From an uncultured virus (IMG/VR IMGVR_UViG_3300037400_006954) (taxonomy: Duplodnaviria; Heunggongvirae; Uroviricota; Caudoviricetes): a stretch of DNA of 20,000 nucleotides. Position numbers and translations under genes: made by a program. Positions 16,556 through 20,000 of the stretch are shown here, one piece after another; the stretch's first letter is position 1; each line of letters opens with the position of its first letter. Under the pieces are notes generated by a model. The model saw only the letters and a program-made list of their open reading frames with translations, made no database searches and was not told the origin of the DNA. The stretch lies in IMG/VR virus record IMGVR_UViG_3300037400_006954. One strand, given 5' to 3'.

Positions 16556-17944
16556 TTATCTCCTTGTGTATCCTCGTTCCTTTACGAGAATCTTGTTGTA
16601 CAGCCACTTGTGCACGTATCTCAGGCGCCTGGTGGCCAGCTTGTCGTCCCACAGGCTCTCGAACAGCCTCCTGAGGTCCAGCATGCATTTCCTGCTCAGC
16701 ATATACCCTTTCGAGGAGTCGGCATAGAACGACCCGTTCTCGAAAAACCCGCCTTTGCCGGTAGAGCATATTGCAATATCAAAGCCCGCGGGAAGCGTGT
16801 CAAGCTGGTTCTCCAGGCCTTCCGGACGGAACGTGTCTTCGAAAATGGCTATCTTGTCATACCCCTTGTCTATTGCATCGACTATCGCCTTGTAGTGCCC
16901 TATCCAGTTGTCTAGGTGCTCGGGTTTCACGTTGTCGTGAGGTACGATGTCGAGCAGCCCGTCGTACTTGCCCGAGGGACTCGTGTCGATCTTCGTGTAT
17001 TTCGCCACTCCGATGCTCGACAGCCACAGTGACAGGACCTCTTCGTATCCCTTGTCTGCGGAGTTTGCCAGCACGTATATGTTGTCCACGACGCCCGAAA
17101 AAGCCCCGAGGTCGTCGTTTTTCCCCACGGAGTCGAGCTCTGCAGACGGCCTGTGTGGATCGGCCAGGGGGTATTTCGCGGACTTCCTCCGCTCGTTGCC
17201 GACGTAGTGGCGCAGATACGCGTCCGTGACTTTCCTGCCCCATCCGTCGAACCTGCGGTCGTCTACGACATAGACGCTGTAGTAGACGTTGATTGCGTCC
17301 TGGTCGCTGTAGTACGGCTTGAGGGTGACGACCTTGTCCAGTACGTACTTGACCCTGTCGGAGTATGCGTCCATGTCCCGGAACTTGTCCATGTTGAACA
17401 CCAGTACGCCGCTGTTGGCGTATTTTCCTCGTTTCTCGATGAGCTCGTCCCAGCGGTTGGTTATGCCCTCCCTGTCCTTCCAGTCAGGTCCCCCCTTCAT
17501 CCTGAGCGTGTGTATCCTGTGCGCCGCGCCAGACTTTCCGATGGAGTCCCTGACACCTATGATCTCGCAGTTCCTGTCGATGTCGAATATCTTGAAGAAC
17601 TCAGGATTCCATACCTCTGTGTCCGTGTCCAGGTACAACACCTGGTCGTACTGCTGCAGTTCGGGCACCAGGGGTATGAGGAGCCTGAAGAGCAGCATGG
17701 GAGGGACGTCGTTCTTGCGCCAGACCAGGTCCGTGCCGTACAGGCCGTACTCCTTTGCCAGTCCGCCTACGTCCAGTATCCTGGCCCCGTACAGCCCTTC
17801 CATCCATTTCCTGGGGCTGTCCGTGCATATGTATATGTCAATCGGATCAGGCGACATCCTCCGCACGGACTTTATCGACGTCGCAAGCTGAAGGAGGCAT
17901 TCGACGCTGCTGTCCACCGCGTATGCAATAGCTTTCTTGTTCAT
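16556..17944 (-). CDS. glycosyltransferase family 8 domain fused to GT25-like domain (462 aa)
   Basis: GT8 motifs LFRLLIP, VLYLDTD, YANSGVLVFN, DQDAIN and HYVG; C-terminal GHYKAI..IAIFEDT..GYMLSR resembles a degenerate GT25. Start at MNKK fits the promoter spacing and the paralogue start MNQK. Confidence 0.85.
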   Translation of the reverse strand: MNKKAIAYAVDSSVECLLQLATSIKSVRRMSPDPIDIYICTDSPRKWMEGLYGARILDVGGLAKEYGLYGTDLVWRKNDVPPMLLFRLLIPLVPELQQYDQVLYLDTDTEVWNPEFFKIFDIDRNCEIIGVRDSIGKSGAAHRIHTLRMKGGPDWKDREGITNRWDELIEKRGKYANSGVLVFNMDKFRDMDAYSDRVKYVLDKVVTLKPYYSDQDAINVYYSVYVVDDRRFDGWGRKVTDAYLRHYVGNERRKSAKYPLADPHRPSAELDSVGKNDDLGAFSGVVDNIYVLANSADKGYEEVLSLWLSSIGVAKYTKIDTSPSGKYDGLLDIVPHDNVKPEHLDNWIGHYKAIVDAIDKGYDKIAIFEDTFRPEGLENQLDTLPAGFDIAICSTGKGGFFENGSFYADSSKGYMLSRKCMLDLRRLFESLWDDKLATRRLRYVHKWLYNKILVKERGYTRR

Positions 17945-17950
17945 GCGCAT

Positions 17951-17979
17951 ATATTACCACAGCTATCTTGAAAAGTAAA
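17951..17979 (-). promoter_or_regulatory. sigma70-like promoter of the GT operon (leaderless)
   Basis: TTTACT-N17-TAATAT with extended TG; ATG 6 nt downstream. Confidence 0.65.
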
Positions 17980-18007
17980 GCCCGGCAGGCAAAAAACCTG
18001 CCGGGCT
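17971..18007 (-). terminator. intrinsic terminator after the lipoprotein gene
   Basis: 11-bp perfect stem AGCCCGGCAGG/CCTGCCGGGCT followed by TTACTTTT. Confidence 0.85.
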
Positions 18008-18026
18008 GCGGCCGTCTGGGACAGGC

Positions 18027-18419
18027 CTACTTGACCTTCTGGGGCTTTCCGAGTATTACGGTGGCCGGCATTCCGTTGGTCGCTGGCAGGATCCAGAGCA
18101 TCGGCATTATGGCGGCCGACATGTCGGAGAACCGCTGGGTCTTCACCAGTCCGAAGTACGAGTTCGTCTCGGCCACCCTGTTCGTGACGAGTATCAGCGT
18201 ACCTTCGTCGCCACAGACCTTCAGGCCTCCTGTATACGAAAGGGCGTTTATCGTGCAGTAGCCCTCGGTGCCGGGAACCGAGATCCCGATCTCGAGGTTA
18301 GTGCCGTCGACGATCCTTCCGCCCTTGTAGGCGCACCCCGCGGCCATGAGCAGCACCAGGATGAACAGGACGGCTATGGTAGCGCCAAGGAGCTTGGTCA
18401 GGACAGTTCTTTTGCACAT
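18027..18419 (-). CDS. predicted lipoprotein (130 aa), possible o-spanin-like
   Basis: Start re-assigned to MCKRTVLTKLLGATIAVLFILVLLMAAG-C (signal peptide plus lipobox); GAAGGAGG RBS; overlaps the 3' end of the upstream gene. Confidence 0.75.
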   Translation of the reverse strand: MCKRTVLTKLLGATIAVLFILVLLMAAGCAYKGGRIVDGTNLEIGISVPGTEGYCTINALSYTGGLKVCGDEGTLILVTNRVAETNSYFGLVKTQRFSDMSAAIMPMLWILPATNGMPATVILGKPQKVK

Positions 18420-18787
18420 TGAGGGGCCTCCTTCCAGAGCGAAATGCTCGCCTCGATGCAGTCGATGTCCTCGGTGATCTCGTCCTTGGTGTACTCGCTG
18501 TCGGAGACATGCTCCGCGAATGACTTGAGGCATCCGACTGTCGCAGTGCCCGCCTTCCTGTAGCATTCGTTGGTGACGAACAGCTCTACTCCGTACGAGA
18601 TGAACTTCGCGAGCTTGGCGGAGAACTCGGCGTAGTACTTGAGCTTTTCGGCGTCGGCCTTGCGGAGGAGCTCCGTGAACTTCTCGGCGATAAGCGCCAG
18701 GAAGCCAGACATGCCTCCGAAGAGAAGAGTAAACGCAGCCCTGAGCTTGGAGACTCCAAGAGTCTTCAGAATTGTTCCAATGTTCAT
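18398..18787 (-). CDS. membrane-anchored helical protein (129 aa), possible i-spanin/holin-like
   Basis: AAGGAA RBS before MNIGTIL; N-terminal hydrophobic segment followed by amphipathic helices. Confidence 0.75.
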   Translation of the reverse strand: MNIGTILKTLGVSKLRAAFTLLFGGMSGFLALIAEKFTELLRKADAEKLKYYAEFSAKLAKFISYGVELFVTNECYRKAGTATVGCLKSFAEHVSDSEYTKDEITEDIDCIEASISLWKEAPQCAKELS

Positions 18788-18813
18788 GTTTTTGTTCCTT
18801 TTTTCTTGTTTTG

Positions 18814-19104
18814 TCAAATTTTAACGTTTTGAATGAGGTAGACAAGCAAACCTCCGCCTCCGGCAGTGGCTATATACCTCAGGATCCGCCAGAGAATGGC
18901 CATTCCCTTGAACTTCTGAACGGTGGCTTCTCTTTCCGCGTCAAGCCGCTTTACCCTGTCCGCGGTCTTTCTCTGGCAGTCTGTAAGGGCGTACAGATAG
19001 TGCAGCGTGACAGTCTGCACGGCCTCCGCCCTGCGCACCGGGTCCGTAAGGGCGAGCGCGTCGTCCATTTCAAGTTTTAGCATCGCCTGTTGTTCTATTG
19101 TCAT
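18814..19104 (-). CDS. small protein with coiled coil and C-terminal transmembrane segment (96 aa), holin-like
   Basis: CAGGAGG RBS before MTIEQQ; C-terminus ILWRILRYIATAGGGGLLVYLI. Confidence 0.75.
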   Translation of the reverse strand: MTIEQQAMLKLEMDDALALTDPVRRAEAVQTVTLHYLYALTDCQRKTADRVKRLDAEREATVQKFKGMAILWRILRYIATAGGGGLLVYLIQNVKI

Positions 19105-19157
19105 GTATACCTCCTGTTCGTGCCGGCAGGCCGTGCAGTGCACCTGCGCTACCGATA

Positions 19158-19186
19158 ATTATACCATCAGTTCACGTTCTGCACAA
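19158..19186 (-). promoter_or_regulatory. sigma70-like promoter of the membrane cassette
   Basis: TTGTGC-N17-TATAAT with extended TG. Confidence 0.75.
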
Positions 19187-19199
19187 TACACCTCGTCGC

Positions 19200-20000
19200 T
19201 CAATCCATGTAGAACACGGAGAATAGCACATCACTAATCCCGTTGGTCAATATTGACAGACTCACCTCGTCGTTCGCGTTAAGGAACAGCGGCACGACCT
19301 GATTGGCATTCCCCTTGAATTCAGAGAGTGTGGTTATGCAGTGCGCGTCATCAACGTCTTCTGCCCCCGCTGCAACGTTTACGCCGATGCGGATTCTTGA
19401 GCCGGAGGTGGAATGGTTTGTGAGACGTATGTAAACGATCCCCTTTCGTGGCATGGTCCAGCGGTGCATCCCGGTCGACGCGAAGTTCTCGCCATCCACT
19501 ATATGCTCCGCGTCAAGAAATTCGTGGTTCTGCCCGTCATACACGGGGGGCTTGACATAGTCTCCGGCGGGCTGTAGGGACTTGGCCTCCTGGCTGCCGA
19601 GCTGGTATGCGACTGAGCGCGTGGCCACCAGGGTACCCGTCTTCACCTCCTCCTCGCCGTCGGACTCGTAGATGTCCCAGGTGAATTTCGCCGCGGCGTC
19701 GCGTTCCTCCTCTGTGTTGAACCACGTCTGCGAATCGTAGCGAATATCCGGGGTGCCTGTGACATAGTAGCTGTACTCCAAGACGCCGAACCCATTGTCC
19801 CTGCTCACAGGTCCGATGGCGTGCGGTGAACCGTCTGAGAACGACCAAGCTCCGACTACCGGAGTCAGCGTCACGTCCTCATCTTTGTCCGCCTTCTGCG
19901 ACAGCACGGGAATCTCGACCCAGCGCGTCATGTCCAAGGACGGCGCGACGGGAGTTGCATCGGAAGTATATTCCTGTATGCACCTATAGGCCTTACCGTC
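19200..20000 (-). CDS. C-terminal part of probable tail-fibre/virion protein (start outside window)
   Basis: Frame is open to the window edge: DGKAYRCIQEYTSDATPVAPSLDMTRW resembles a CBM5/12-like aromatic module; beta-rich C-terminal domain. Confidence 0.65.
   Translation of the reverse strand, partial: DGKAYRCIQEYTSDATPVAPSLDMTRWVEIPVLSQKADKDEDVTLTPVVGAWSFSDGSPHAIGPVSRDNGFGVLEYSYYVTGTPDIRYDSQTWFNTEEERDAAAKFTWDIYESDGEEEVKTGTLVATRSVAYQLGSQEAKSLQPAGDYVKPPVYDGQNHEFLDAEHIVDGENFASTGMHRWTMPRKGIVYIRLTNHSTSGSRIRIGVNVAAGAEDVDDAHCITTLSEFKGNANQVVPLFLNANDEVSLSILTNGISDVLFSVFYMD

Overview
GC-rich window that looks like part of a large dsDNA bacteriophage genome (inference: all credible genes are on the minus strand, tightly packed with overlapping start/stop codons, many are unrecognisable, and sigma70-type promoters are present). 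In transcription order (right to left): 3' end of a probable tail-fibre/virion protein; a three-gene membrane/lipoprotein cassette (lysis-like); three paralogous family-8 glycosyltransferase genes (four GT8 domains plus GT25-like and DUF3405-like domains); a small tRNA-like element with two T-arms; a leaderless 109-aa gene; a ~2.2-kb almost non-coding, hairpin-dense region with its own promoter (candidate giant structured RNA or RNAs, the most unusual part of the window); a 171-aa gene; a terminator-bounded operon with a COOH-NH2 amidoligase, a class II glutamine amidotransferase and an 890-aa unknown protein; and an SbcD/SbcC (Mre11/Rad50, gp47/gp46-like) pair running off the left edge. All protein calls come from motifs recognised by eye and all RNA structures from manual pairing; no searches or folding were run.
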